Assembly (NCBI GenBank): GCA_963662465.1
Contig: OY759599.1
Location: 5,632,001 to 5,696,000 of the forward strand
Source of the DNA: Desulfatiglandales bacterium
Lineage (GTDB): Bacteria > Desulfobacterota > DSM-4660 > Desulfatiglandales > Desulfatiglandaceae
DNA: 64,000 bases
Direction of reading: 5' to 3'
Shown in pieces: positions 19,970-29,348 of this stretch (within the stretch, counting starts at the first letter, position 1; the number at the start of each line of letters is the position of its first letter). The notes under the pieces are model-generated. The model saw only the letters and a program-made list of their open reading frames with translations. It was not told where the DNA came from and searched no databases. The position numbers and the translations under genes are program-made.

Positions 19970-20646
19970 GCTATGAAGACATCCTGCTCATTCAGCATGT
20001 GGCTGCAGAACTGCTGAAACGCTATTGCTACCATTATTACAACTATTCCAAGCGTGCCTACATCGAGCCCAGACTGGAACTGCGGGAATTGACTGGAACC
20101 GATGACAATTTTCCCGAACGTGACGAGAAACGAACGGATGGTTTCTGGTGCGATTACCAGGTTGTCGTGGACGGGGATGAGCAGACGCTGATCAACAGCA
20201 TCGAGCAGATCAAACAAGATATTGCTGCCAAAAAGAAGGATGGCATCGAGCTCTTTCTGCTTCGTAACATGAGCCGGGGCAAGGGTGTCGGTTTTTTCGA
20301 GGCAGGCCGGTTTCATCCCAACTTTATCCTGTGGATGCTGAAGGACGGCAAACAGTACGTCACCTTCATCGACCCTCACGGTCTGCTCCATGGGAGCGGG
20401 ATCGGCGATGAAAAGATCAAATTGCATAAAGGCATCAAGGAAATCGAGAAGCGTCTCAATGACCCGGAAGTGATCCTCAACAGCTTCATCCTCTCGTGGA
20501 CCAAATACCCGCAATTGAAATGGAACAAAGAACAGAAAGAGCTTGAGGATATGCATGTTCTTTTCATGCAGGACGACAGGGATCAATATATTGATAAGCT
20601 TTTTGATAACCTGAGAGGGCAAGCGGGCGGTGCGATGATCAATTGA
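19970..20646 (+). pseudogene. Type III restriction (Res) subunit C-terminal fragment
   Basis: LFLLRNMSRGKGVGFFEAGRFHPNFILW...TFIDPHG nuclease region; helicase part missing. Confidence 0.65.
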
Positions 20647-20654
20647 TAATCGCG

Positions 20655-20856
20655 TCACCTATGATTTCGATCTTTATATTGATTGCATCGGACGCAAGCG
20701 TAGATCAGGTTATCCTGATCATCATTTCCATCCGCTGCTTGCGGCCGATAATGGTCGATGGTGAGTTCACCGCCCACTGTGATCTCGGTTACGCCACAGT
20801 AACCGCATCGCCGTTCGAAGCGGTCCCTTATGGTTTTAAACTGGGGATGGGGCAAT
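20655..20856 (-). pseudogene. HNH endonuclease, C-terminally truncated
   Basis: RCGYCG...LTIDHYRP...NLIYACVRCNQYK. Confidence 0.7.
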
Positions 20857-21157
20857 TTTCCAGGCTGCTCAATTCCAGACCCATCAACGCCATGCAGGCG
20901 CCTTCCAAAGTCCAAATCTGACGATCAAGCCGATGGGTTCTAGCCTGGAGTTGAGCGTTAGTTGTTTCGAGATTTTCAACTTCAGACTTCAGCCGACGCA
21001 ACATCAATAAGTCACCGTTTTTCATATGCTTTTTCTCGTCAGCATCCAAGTCACTCAATCCTGCCTCGTAGGTCTCTCTCTCGCCGGGGTCCAAATCCTC
21101 TCCTTTGGCAGTGCGCACATGCAGTTGCCACCATCTCTCATGGGTTGATTGATCCAT
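20828..21157 (-). CDS. Hypothetical coiled-coil protein coupled to the HNH gene
   Basis: 109-aa ORF overlapping the HNH start. Confidence 0.55.
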   Translation of the reverse strand: MDQSTHERWWQLHVRTAKGEDLDPGERETYEAGLSDLDADEKKHMKNGDLLMLRRLKSEVENLETTNAQLQARTHRLDRQIWTLEGACMALMGLELSSLENCPIPSLKP

Positions 21158-21349
21158 CGTTTGCGCTCCTTTTTACCAGATGAGATGATAAAACCTCACT
21201 TTTTTAAGAAACGAAGTATAAATAAAACGGTCTTAAAGATCAAGGAAGTTCCGACTATTTCGACCAGCAGGTTAGGCTGATCGCCAGCCAGGCCAGGGTG
21301 ATGTTTCATCTGAGCTGTCTCTACAAAGCCCTTGGGGGCAGGTGGGCCT

Positions 21350-22204
21350 CTAAGAATTCGCTGACATTCGGCCCATGAAATAGGCGGCAACCAGGGTTCC
21401 CAAAACGGTGACCAGGGAGTAGGCAAATACCGCCGCGGGCGCTACGGTTCCCGCAAAATTGGCGGATGCCGCCACCAGGGCTGCCGGAGCATTGCGCACT
21501 GTGGTATTTAAAGCCAGAGCCTTTTTTTCCCCCTTATGGGGTCCTCCCATGAACCAGCCTATGACCAGACAGGTTGTAAAAAGGACAACACTGCCAACCG
21601 CGGCCCGCCAACCGAACAGCGCAAGGGTGTGGTAATGGGTCAGTATAATCAGGGAACAAGCCCCCAGAACCAACAAATTGTTCAGAACACGAAGGGGTCC
21701 GGCGATTTTCCGGCTGACAGCGGGCTGCCAATGGTTCAGCGCCAGCCCGGCTGAAAGGGGCAGGAGTTGACCCAGGGCCACGACCTTCATGATTTTCAGA
21801 TAATTTACATTAAGGAGCTCTCCTTCCGTAAATCCTGCCATCAGTAGCTTGAGCACAGCTGGAGAAATTACGGTGGAAAGGGCGGCCAGGAGGATCATGA
21901 GGCCGATGGATAGGGGAACATCGCCCTTGGCCAGGGCCGTGAAAGGAGGCCCCATGGGGGCCCCTGAAAAAACCACTCCTATCAGGAAACCCGCAGCCAC
22001 CAAGGGATCCGGCCTGAACAGGAGAAGAAGGCCAAAGGCCGCAAATGGCGCCAGCAGGAAATTCGTGACCAACCCCTTCCAAACGATTGCCCTTTTTTTT
22101 AGGGAATCCGTCAACTGGGTCGTGGTCACGGACGAGCCCATATGAAACATGAGGCATAAAAGCCAGATAAACGTAACCGTATCGGTAACCTGGTTCAACA
22201 TCAT
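21350..22204 (-). CDS. Bile acid:sodium symporter (BASS) family transporter
   Basis: GLVTNFLLAP, GAPMGPPFTALAKGD, TVRNAPAAL; about 9 TM. Confidence 0.88.
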   Translation of the reverse strand: MMLNQVTDTVTFIWLLCLMFHMGSSVTTTQLTDSLKKRAIVWKGLVTNFLLAPFAAFGLLLLFRPDPLVAAGFLIGVVFSGAPMGPPFTALAKGDVPLSIGLMILLAALSTVISPAVLKLLMAGFTEGELLNVNYLKIMKVVALGQLLPLSAGLALNHWQPAVSRKIAGPLRVLNNLLVLGACSLIILTHYHTLALFGWRAAVGSVVLFTTCLVIGWFMGGPHKGEKKALALNTTVRNAPAALVAASANFAGTVAPAAVFAYSLVTVLGTLVAAYFMGRMSANS

Positions 22205-22218
22205 TCAAGCTGCTCCGG

Positions 22219-23175
22219 TTATGCCTGTTCCAGCCTGTCCACTGCCTTCTTGATTTTCAGAACGGTCACATCCGCCAGTTTCCGGAGGCTTTCCACCTCT
22301 TCAGCGGAATAGGCGTAAAACCCCTTGCCCGTCTTCATGCCCAAGTCTCCTTTTGCCACCATGTCTTCCAGGATTTTGGGTGGTTTGAATCCGTCTTCCC
22401 CGGTTTTATCATGAACATATCTAAAAAGGTTCAAAGAGGTGTCCAAACCCGCATAATCGGCCATTCGAATGGGGCCGATGGTGCAGAGACGCAGGGCAAA
22501 GCCATTCTGAATCACGGTGTCCACATCTTCCGCCGAACAGACGCCCTTTTCCACCAGGGTCAAGGCCGCCCGGAACATGGCGGCCTGAATATAGTTGTGA
22601 ATAAAAGCGGGGTGTTCTTTTAAAACCACGGTTCGTTTCCCGATGCCATCCAAAAGACTTAATGCCAGTTCAACCGTTTTCGGGGAAGTCTTCCTGCCGG
22701 GGACCACCTCCACCACCGGCATGAGGTGAGCCGGAATAAACCAGTGGGTCACAATGGCCCTTTCAGGGTATTTCATCTCGGAAGCAATTTCGTCAATGCT
22801 CATGGAACTGGTGTTGGACGCCACGACGGTTTCTTTGCCGCAAAGCTCGCCGCACCGCTTGAACACATCCCGCTTGATATTCAGATTTTCAGGTACCGAT
22901 TCGGTCACATAATGGGCACTGCCCATGACCTCCTCCCAGTCCAGGGTGAAATGGATGCGGGATACGGCTACATCCGCTTTTCCCTGGTCCAGTACGCCCT
23001 GTTCCACCATGAGGCGGATATTGGACTCAAGCCGCTTTCGAGCATTTGCAAGGCTTGCCTGCTGCGTATCCAGCGCCTTTATCTCATACCCACTGCCCGC
23101 AAATGCCAGGGCAATATCCGGCCCCATAATACCCATACCCACCACTGCTACTCGTTTAATGTCTTCAACCTGCAT
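22219..23175 (-). CDS. 3-hydroxyacyl-CoA dehydrogenase family protein
   Basis: GMGIMG Rossmann, ESVPENL, ASNTSS, HWFIP..VVEVV, D..GLD, G.LG.KTGKGFY. Confidence 0.9.
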   Translation of the reverse strand: MQVEDIKRVAVVGMGIMGPDIALAFAGSGYEIKALDTQQASLANARKRLESNIRLMVEQGVLDQGKADVAVSRIHFTLDWEEVMGSAHYVTESVPENLNIKRDVFKRCGELCGKETVVASNTSSMSIDEIASEMKYPERAIVTHWFIPAHLMPVVEVVPGRKTSPKTVELALSLLDGIGKRTVVLKEHPAFIHNYIQAAMFRAALTLVEKGVCSAEDVDTVIQNGFALRLCTIGPIRMADYAGLDTSLNLFRYVHDKTGEDGFKPPKILEDMVAKGDLGMKTGKGFYAYSAEEVESLRKLADVTVLKIKKAVDRLEQA

Positions 23176-23190
23176 GGCGATTCTCCTCCT

Positions 23191-24129
23191 CTATTTTCCC
23201 TTGTCCCGCTTCTCAAAAGCACGATTCACAATTCCCTGAAGTCTTTCCATGGTTTCTTTTGTCGGCGGCTTGAAATCCCTCAACTGATAAATTCTCCCCA
23301 GAAAACCGTACTTGGTTTCCCCCAACCGGTGGTAGGGCAACAGCTCATAACTGATCACATTTTCATGGGGAAGGATAAATGCCAGCACGGCCCGCACATG
23401 ACTTTCGCTATCGTTTATGCCCGGCATAATGGGACTGCGCGCCAGGAAACGCTTATCTTTAAACGTGCTATAGGCCCTTTCCAGATTCGCGAGGATCCGA
23501 CTATTGTCCACCCCCGTCCATTTTTGGTGCCGGACGGGATCCATGAGTTTAAGGTCGTGAAAGATGGTGTCCACATGGGGCAGGACCATTTCCATGGCCT
23601 TCCAGGGCACATTGCTTGCAGTCTCAATGGCGGTACTGAGCCCCCGGACACGGGCTTCCTGAAGGAGGGCCGCCGAAAACCGGGGCTGACACAAACAATC
23701 CCCGCCGCTTAGCGATAGACCCCCGCCGCTTTCCCGGTAGAAGGCATTGTCCTGTTCCACCTCCTCCAACACCTGTTCCACCGTCATCTCTTTCCCGAAT
23801 CGATAGAGAGCCATGGAAGGGCAGACGTCCACGCAAAGACCGCAGTTGGTGCAAAGATCCCAATTGATTTTCATCCGGTCGCTGGGAGAAAGGGTAAAAA
23901 TAGCGGATTCGGGGCAGATCTCCCTGCAGGCGCCGCAGGCGTCTTCCCCGATGCATTTATGGGGGTTATAGGCCAGTTCCGATTTGGGATGGATGCTCTC
24001 GGGATTACAGCACCACTTGCAGCGAAGGGAACATCCTTTCAGAAAAACCGTGGTGCGAATACCAGGCCCATCATGAAGACTGAAATGCTGAATGTTTAAG
24101 ACCGTGCCCGTTTGCTGGTTCTTCGCCAT
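23191..24129 (-). CDS. Glycyl-radical enzyme activase (radical SAM with ferredoxin insert)
   Basis: HDGPGIRTTVFLKGCSLRCKWCCNPE; two ferredoxin-type Cys motifs (CIGEDACGACREICP, CTNCGLCVDVCP); ELLPYHRLG. Confidence 0.95.
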   Translation of the reverse strand: MAKNQQTGTVLNIQHFSLHDGPGIRTTVFLKGCSLRCKWCCNPESIHPKSELAYNPHKCIGEDACGACREICPESAIFTLSPSDRMKINWDLCTNCGLCVDVCPSMALYRFGKEMTVEQVLEEVEQDNAFYRESGGGLSLSGGDCLCQPRFSAALLQEARVRGLSTAIETASNVPWKAMEMVLPHVDTIFHDLKLMDPVRHQKWTGVDNSRILANLERAYSTFKDKRFLARSPIMPGINDSESHVRAVLAFILPHENVISYELLPYHRLGETKYGFLGRIYQLRDFKPPTKETMERLQGIVNRAFEKRDKGK

Positions 24130-24144
24130 GAAGCAAATCCCCCT

Positions 24145-25224
24145 TTATTGTGAATCCCCAAGGGATATGCCCAGGGCCCGTGCTACCTGAACCAATTCAC
24201 GGCCGTGGGGTTGCACAAAAATCAGGTCAGGGGGTTGAAAGGCCGTCATGACGCCGATTCGACCGTCCTTCAGGGCGCGGACAGCGGCGGCGCCGTAGCC
24301 CACACCCAGCTGACGGTCCACGGCCGTGGGGTTGCCGCCGCGAATCAGTTGACCCAAAACCAGGGGAAAGGTCTCCTGAGCCATCCGTCTCTGCAATTCA
24401 AGGGCCACGCTTTCAGCCACCAACCCTGACTGGTCCATCACATGACTGCCCTCGTTTAACAGTGGGTTTTCACCTTTTGCGGGAGAGGCCCCTTCCGCCA
24501 CGACCACCATGGCCACGGGCCATCCCCGCCGCAATTTTTCCTGGAGCCGTGTGGCCACGGACCCCAGGTGGTAAGGAATTTCCGGAATCAGGATAGCATC
24601 GGCGGGAAGCGCCATGCCCCCTTGCAGGGCCAGCCAGCCGGCGTGGGTTCCCAGCACCTCCACCACGGCGATTCGACCCAGCGTTTCCGCCGCGGTTCGA
24701 GCCCGGTCGAGGGTTTCCACCACATAGGCAAGGGCACTGTTAAACCCGAAGGACAGGGTGGTTCCCGCCACATCATTTTCCACCGCCTTAGGCACACACA
24801 CCAGGGGAAGCCCTTTCCGAGCCAGTTTCCAGACCATACCCAGTTCTTTAAGCCCCAGCACGGAAATGATGCCGTCAATGCCTGCTGCTTCTACGTTTTG
24901 AAGCAGGGTATCGCTCAGATCTTTTTCCACGATCTGGTTGTCCGGGTCCACCACCTGGACCCGAAAGGGGTCGATGGGGTGCGTTGTGCTCAGAATACCC
25001 CTCGAAAGGACGGCAGGGTTCTCAATTTTCAGGGGGGAGAGAGAAACCATGCCCCCCTCTTCATATCGGTCCGGAAAAAGCAATCCGTCAAAGCCGTCGC
25101 GGATGCCCACCACCTCCCAGCCCAGTTCAAAGGCGGCCCGAACCACGCCCGTAAATACCGCGTTCAGGCCCGGTACATACCCTTCCCCCACATTCACCGC
25201 AATCCGCTTTATTTTCGAACCCAT
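24145..25224 (-). CDS. PfkA-fold protein with divergent active-site motifs
   Basis: PGLNAV, GIRDGFDGL, PKAVEND, EVLGTHAGWLAL, LIPEIPY, VVVAEGA, IRGG. Confidence 0.8.
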   Translation of the reverse strand: MGSKIKRIAVNVGEGYVPGLNAVFTGVVRAAFELGWEVVGIRDGFDGLLFPDRYEEGGMVSLSPLKIENPAVLSRGILSTTHPIDPFRVQVVDPDNQIVEKDLSDTLLQNVEAAGIDGIISVLGLKELGMVWKLARKGLPLVCVPKAVENDVAGTTLSFGFNSALAYVVETLDRARTAAETLGRIAVVEVLGTHAGWLALQGGMALPADAILIPEIPYHLGSVATRLQEKLRRGWPVAMVVVAEGASPAKGENPLLNEGSHVMDQSGLVAESVALELQRRMAQETFPLVLGQLIRGGNPTAVDRQLGVGYGAAAVRALKDGRIGVMTAFQPPDLIFVQPHGRELVQVARALGISLGDSQ

Positions 25225-25260
25225 GCCCTGTTCTCCTCCGACTTCCGACTGCTGCCCCCT

Positions 25261-27756
25261 CTACATATCATATTCAGTGCGAGCAATGATCTCATTCTGA
25301 GTGGCCGGATCCAGCTCCGAAAAAAAGGCCGAGTATCCTGCGACCCGAACGATGAGGTTTCGGTATTTTTCCGGATCTTTCTGGGCCGCCCGCATGGTCT
25401 CGGCGGAAATGCAGTTCATCTGAATATGCCAGATCTTGAGATTATACCACCCCCGGATGAGGGAAACCAGTTTTTGAGTGCCCGCATGCCCCTGCAGGGG
25501 ACCGGGAGAAAGCTTGATATTTAAGAGAGGCGAACACCAGTGTTTGGAATCGTGTGGAACAAATTTGCTCACGGAGTTAAGGAGCGCCGTAGGCCCCATG
25601 GTGTCATATCCCTGTTGAGGACCTGCCCCCTCGGACAGGGGTTCTCCGGCCCTGCGTCCGTTGGGCGTGGCGCCGGTGGCCTGCCCCAGAACAATGTGGG
25701 TGGTGACGGGAAGCACCCGGAGTTCCCAGTTGCGGCCCACCACGTTGTTGGGATTATCGAGCTTTCCGATCTCGTCCACCATGAACCGGTTGATCCGGAC
25801 CATCATGAGGTCGGCCTCAGCATCGTTGTTTCCCCATTTGGGGGCGCTGATGCAGAACTGGCGAATCTTTTCCTTTCCTTCCCAGTTTTTCTCGACAGCC
25901 TCCAGAAGTTCGGCCATGGTGAACCGTTTTTCATCAAAGACCCGTCTTTTGATGGCCACCAGGGAATCGCACAGGGTGCCCGAACCGATCATGTCGATGT
26001 TGACCAGGGACACAAGGTCTTTGTTCGTAAATCCCACGCCGCTTCGCATGGCATCCTTCATTTCCCGCATGAACGGCTCATTGACGATGCTGCTGAGAGG
26101 CGACGCGATGTAGCGGGAGCGATAGCCTTCATAAAGAATATTACGATCAAAGACCATTTTCAGATGATAGCGCATCTGCCGGGCCCAGGCCTCCCAGACC
26201 GCTTCAAAGGTTTCGAATTGTTGAGGGTCTCCCGTCCTGAGCCCAACGGTTAGGTCCCCGAGCCTTCGAATTCTACCGTCATTGAGGGCCATCTCCAGGG
26301 ATGCAACCTGGTTATTGTAAGTACTGCCACAGTTGTACACTTCACTTCGAATCTGCCGGCATTCCATACATCCGTTCACGGTCCAGTCGTTGGCCAGGTG
26401 CAGTGGAACGCCCTTGGCCAGATACATGGGTATCACCACCTCGTCGTTAAGCAGCTTGGGATAACCCTGGCCCTCTTTGATGGTTTCGGCAATATCGTAG
26501 AAAAGCCTGTCCGGAGTGTTGGAGTGGATCCTGACCGCCAGATCGGGCATGGTCAGGGCCACGCCGCTTTTGGATTTCAGAAAAAGGTAGGTCAGTTCAT
26601 TGCTGGCATCGCGACCGTCGGTTGTCTGGCCTCCGAGGGTCACACACTCAAAATGCGCGAAACCGGACGTGGACCCCGCGATATGCCCCGCCAGGGGCAT
26701 GAAGATGTATTGGTACATCTTGAGGTTGAGCATGCGGATCAGATCCAAGGCCTCCTCGTCCGTAATGCGGCCCTCCTCCCGGTCTTTTTTGTAATAGGGG
26801 TACAGGTACTGGTCCATGCGCCCGTTGCCCACATTGCCGCCGATATTGAGCTCGATCCGGGTCCAGACCTGCAACCACCACTGACATTGAAGGGCCTCTC
26901 GAAAGGTACGGGCCGGATGCTCGGGTACTTGTCGGCAGATGGCGGCGATTTCCGTCCACTTGGCGATCACTTCAGGGTTTTCGGCCTTCTGAGCCAAAGC
27001 CTCGGCCTTGTGGGCGTATCGGTTTGCCCATGTGACAACCGCCTCACAGGTGAGCAGGCCGGCCTCGATGAAATCATTTTTTTCCGAACATCGGGGGTCC
27101 GTGGGCATGAGGGACGCGCGCATTCCCTCCAGTTCCTTTCGAATGCCCGCAAAGCCTTTCTTGAGAACACGCTCGTAGTCCAGGGTCCAGTTCTGGCTGG
27201 ACCTGCCGGTGCCGGTTTCCACATAAACGCCGGTGGGCTTTCCGTCTTTTGTCCATCCAAAATCATAGGCGGCGGGGGCGTTTGCCCGCAGCAGGCTCAT
27301 GAAGTTCACATCCAGGGCATGTTCCCGCCAATAGGGGATGATGTCCGATTCCATGACCGGCCAGTCGGAAGGGTCAATAAACGGTTCGGATGGAGCGGGG
27401 TCGTCCTTGACCATTCTTTTGAGCGATGCGTATCCTCCGCCATCGCACTCGGCAAAGGGGACCACGTAGCGACCCACCCATGGGGCAGGGGAACCCACAA
27501 TCTCCTCATCGGGATCGATGAAGACGGGAATGCGCTCCGCGAAGGCTTTGAGGAATTTGGCGTGGCGCAGGTTAATGGGCTGCCCTTCCGTTTCCCGGTA
27601 CACATCGGTCAGGATTTTTGTCCGTTCCACCAGCAGACGTATGGGCAGACTTCGAATGCGCTCCAGCAGTCGATCAAATCCCGGACTGGTCCTGACCCAG
27701 GTGGATTTTCCCTGTGCAATGGCTTTTTCCTGGGCGGTGAGTTCCCCAGTATCCAT
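25261..27756 (-). CDS. Glycyl radical enzyme, IslA/HpsG-related clade, substrate unknown
   Basis: GRMDQYLYPYY, Cys loop NGCMECR, Gly loop LIVRVAGYSAFF; RSSQNW and YPKLLNDE motifs of the sulfonate-lyase clade. Confidence 0.92.
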   Translation of the reverse strand: MDTGELTAQEKAIAQGKSTWVRTSPGFDRLLERIRSLPIRLLVERTKILTDVYRETEGQPINLRHAKFLKAFAERIPVFIDPDEEIVGSPAPWVGRYVVPFAECDGGGYASLKRMVKDDPAPSEPFIDPSDWPVMESDIIPYWREHALDVNFMSLLRANAPAAYDFGWTKDGKPTGVYVETGTGRSSQNWTLDYERVLKKGFAGIRKELEGMRASLMPTDPRCSEKNDFIEAGLLTCEAVVTWANRYAHKAEALAQKAENPEVIAKWTEIAAICRQVPEHPARTFREALQCQWWLQVWTRIELNIGGNVGNGRMDQYLYPYYKKDREEGRITDEEALDLIRMLNLKMYQYIFMPLAGHIAGSTSGFAHFECVTLGGQTTDGRDASNELTYLFLKSKSGVALTMPDLAVRIHSNTPDRLFYDIAETIKEGQGYPKLLNDEVVIPMYLAKGVPLHLANDWTVNGCMECRQIRSEVYNCGSTYNNQVASLEMALNDGRIRRLGDLTVGLRTGDPQQFETFEAVWEAWARQMRYHLKMVFDRNILYEGYRSRYIASPLSSIVNEPFMREMKDAMRSGVGFTNKDLVSLVNIDMIGSGTLCDSLVAIKRRVFDEKRFTMAELLEAVEKNWEGKEKIRQFCISAPKWGNNDAEADLMMVRINRFMVDEIGKLDNPNNVVGRNWELRVLPVTTHIVLGQATGATPNGRRAGEPLSEGAGPQQGYDTMGPTALLNSVSKFVPHDSKHWCSPLLNIKLSPGPLQGHAGTQKLVSLIRGWYNLKIWHIQMNCISAETMRAAQKDPEKYRNLIVRVAGYSAFFSELDPATQNEIIARTEYDM

Positions 27757-27806
27757 CTTTTTCTCCCTGTTTTTTGAGCTGTTAGCTCTTAGCTAAAAGC
27801 TGGAAA

Positions 27807-28733
27807 CTATCCCTTTAGAAAATCAGGATTCGCAAACTCCGGGTCGGGATAAGTGTAAAAGCCTTTTCCAGTCTTGACCCCCAATTCTCCCTTATCAACC
27901 ATGGCCTTGAGGGCATCGGGCGGACGATCCCTTTCCTCCCCGGATTCCAGGTAGTAGCTCATCTCCACATTGTAGGTTACATCCAGGCCGTTAATATCCA
28001 TCTGACCAAAGGGTCCGACAGGCAATCCGTAAGCCACCATCCAGGCCCGGTCGATGTCCCGGAAATCCACAAACCCGTCAGCCCACATATACAGAACCTG
28101 TCGTTTAACGGACCGCCACACACGGTTAAAGCAGAAACCGTAAATCTCCTTTCTGACCGTAAGGGGAATGCAGCCGATGGCGGAAATCCATTGCTTTCCC
28201 GCTTCCAGGGTTTCGGGGCTCGTTTGACTACCCCCCATGATGTCCACCATGTTGATGCCCGTTACCGGCGTATAGAAATGCAGATTCAGGCATTTTTCGG
28301 GTCGTTTTGTGGCATCCTCGATCCTTGAAATGGGAATGGTGGAGCTGTTGCTGGCCAGGATGGCCCTGGAAGGGGCCAGGGCATCCATCTCTTTGAATAC
28401 CTTCCGCTTGAGTTCCAGATTTTCGGGCACCGCCTCGATGACCAGATCGGCATCCTTCAGGGCATCGGCCATGACGGAGGCGGTTTGTACTTTTGAAATA
28501 GCGCCGTTCCACTGTTCAATAGGGACCACAGGCCCTTTCTTGCGGGCGGTCATGATGCCTTCAAACTGCGCGACCGAGCGCTCAAAGGCCCCTTTCGTGT
28601 TGTCATAGACCGTGGCCTTGAAGTCAAAACAGGCGGCCTGAACGGCAATCTGGGCACCCAGAATGCCTGCGCCGATGATGGTTACCTGCAAGATTTGCAT
28701 GGTTTCAGGATAATTGAAAGTTTTTTCGTTCAT
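27807..28733 (-). CDS. 3-hydroxyacyl-CoA dehydrogenase family protein (second paralog)
   Basis: GAGILG, IEAVPENLELK, ASNSST, LHFY, GELGVKTGKGFY. Confidence 0.88.
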   Translation of the reverse strand: MNEKTFNYPETMQILQVTIIGAGILGAQIAVQAACFDFKATVYDNTKGAFERSVAQFEGIMTARKKGPVVPIEQWNGAISKVQTASVMADALKDADLVIEAVPENLELKRKVFKEMDALAPSRAILASNSSTIPISRIEDATKRPEKCLNLHFYTPVTGINMVDIMGGSQTSPETLEAGKQWISAIGCIPLTVRKEIYGFCFNRVWRSVKRQVLYMWADGFVDFRDIDRAWMVAYGLPVGPFGQMDINGLDVTYNVEMSYYLESGEERDRPPDALKAMVDKGELGVKTGKGFYTYPDPEFANPDFLKG

Positions 28734-28842
28734 TCTTTTCCCTCCTTATTTTTTGAGACCAAATCTGCGTATCACGCAAATCCTCGTTGAGCCCAATTCT
28801 TTACCATTGACCATTTATCGGGATTTTGATATTTTTTCCAGC

Positions 28843-29079
28843 ATGAAACCAATCCGATACGATTGCCATGCTAGAAAGTGGATGAAAGACCGCCATGTTC
28901 ATGATGACGAAGTCAGGGTTGCCATTGAAAACCCCGACTTCATGGAGCAAAGCGTAAAAGGACGTATCAATGCCTTCAAATTCCTTAATAAAAGATATTT
29001 GAGAGTCACTTTTAAGAAGGAATTGGACCACGTATTGGTGATCACGGTAACCATAAGGAAAAAACCTTTCAAGGAGTAA
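28843..29079 (+). CDS. DUF4258-type putative toxin
   Basis: IRYDCHARKWMKDR...AIENPD...LRVTF...LVITV; paired with a DUF2283 gene. Confidence 0.7.
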   Translation: MKPIRYDCHARKWMKDRHVHDDEVRVAIENPDFMEQSVKGRINAFKFLNKRYLRVTFKKELDHVLVITVTIRKKPFKE

Positions 29080-29083
29080 CTCG

Positions 29084-29302
29084 ATGAAAATCGAATACAG
29101 CAAAGGGATTGATGCCTTATATATTCGGCTTAGAGAAGTCCGTATTTCCGACTCCATGGACATAGAAGAAGGCGTAACAGTTGACCTGGATGAAAAAGGC
29201 CATATCGTCGGCATCGAAATCCTGGACGCAAGTGAAAAAATGGCTATCTCTGATCTTTTCAACATCCATATCGAAAACTTCCCACTTGAAAAGGTAGCCT
29301 GA
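29084..29302 (+). CDS. DUF2283-type putative antitoxin
   Basis: MKIEYSKGIDALYIRL...VDLDEKGHIVGIEILDAS. Confidence 0.85.
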   Translation: MKIEYSKGIDALYIRLREVRISDSMDIEEGVTVDLDEKGHIVGIEILDASEKMAISDLFNIHIENFPLEKVA

Positions 29303-29348
29303 TCCATTTTCTTGTCCCACCCGCCTGGCATAGCCTGTCACTTCAATC

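Noticed and set aside
25261..27756. Pyruvate formate-lyase, benzylsuccinate synthase or choline TMA-lyase call
   Set aside because: No adjacent Cys-Cys pair (PFL), no small Bss subunits, and the motifs resemble the IslA clade rather than CutC
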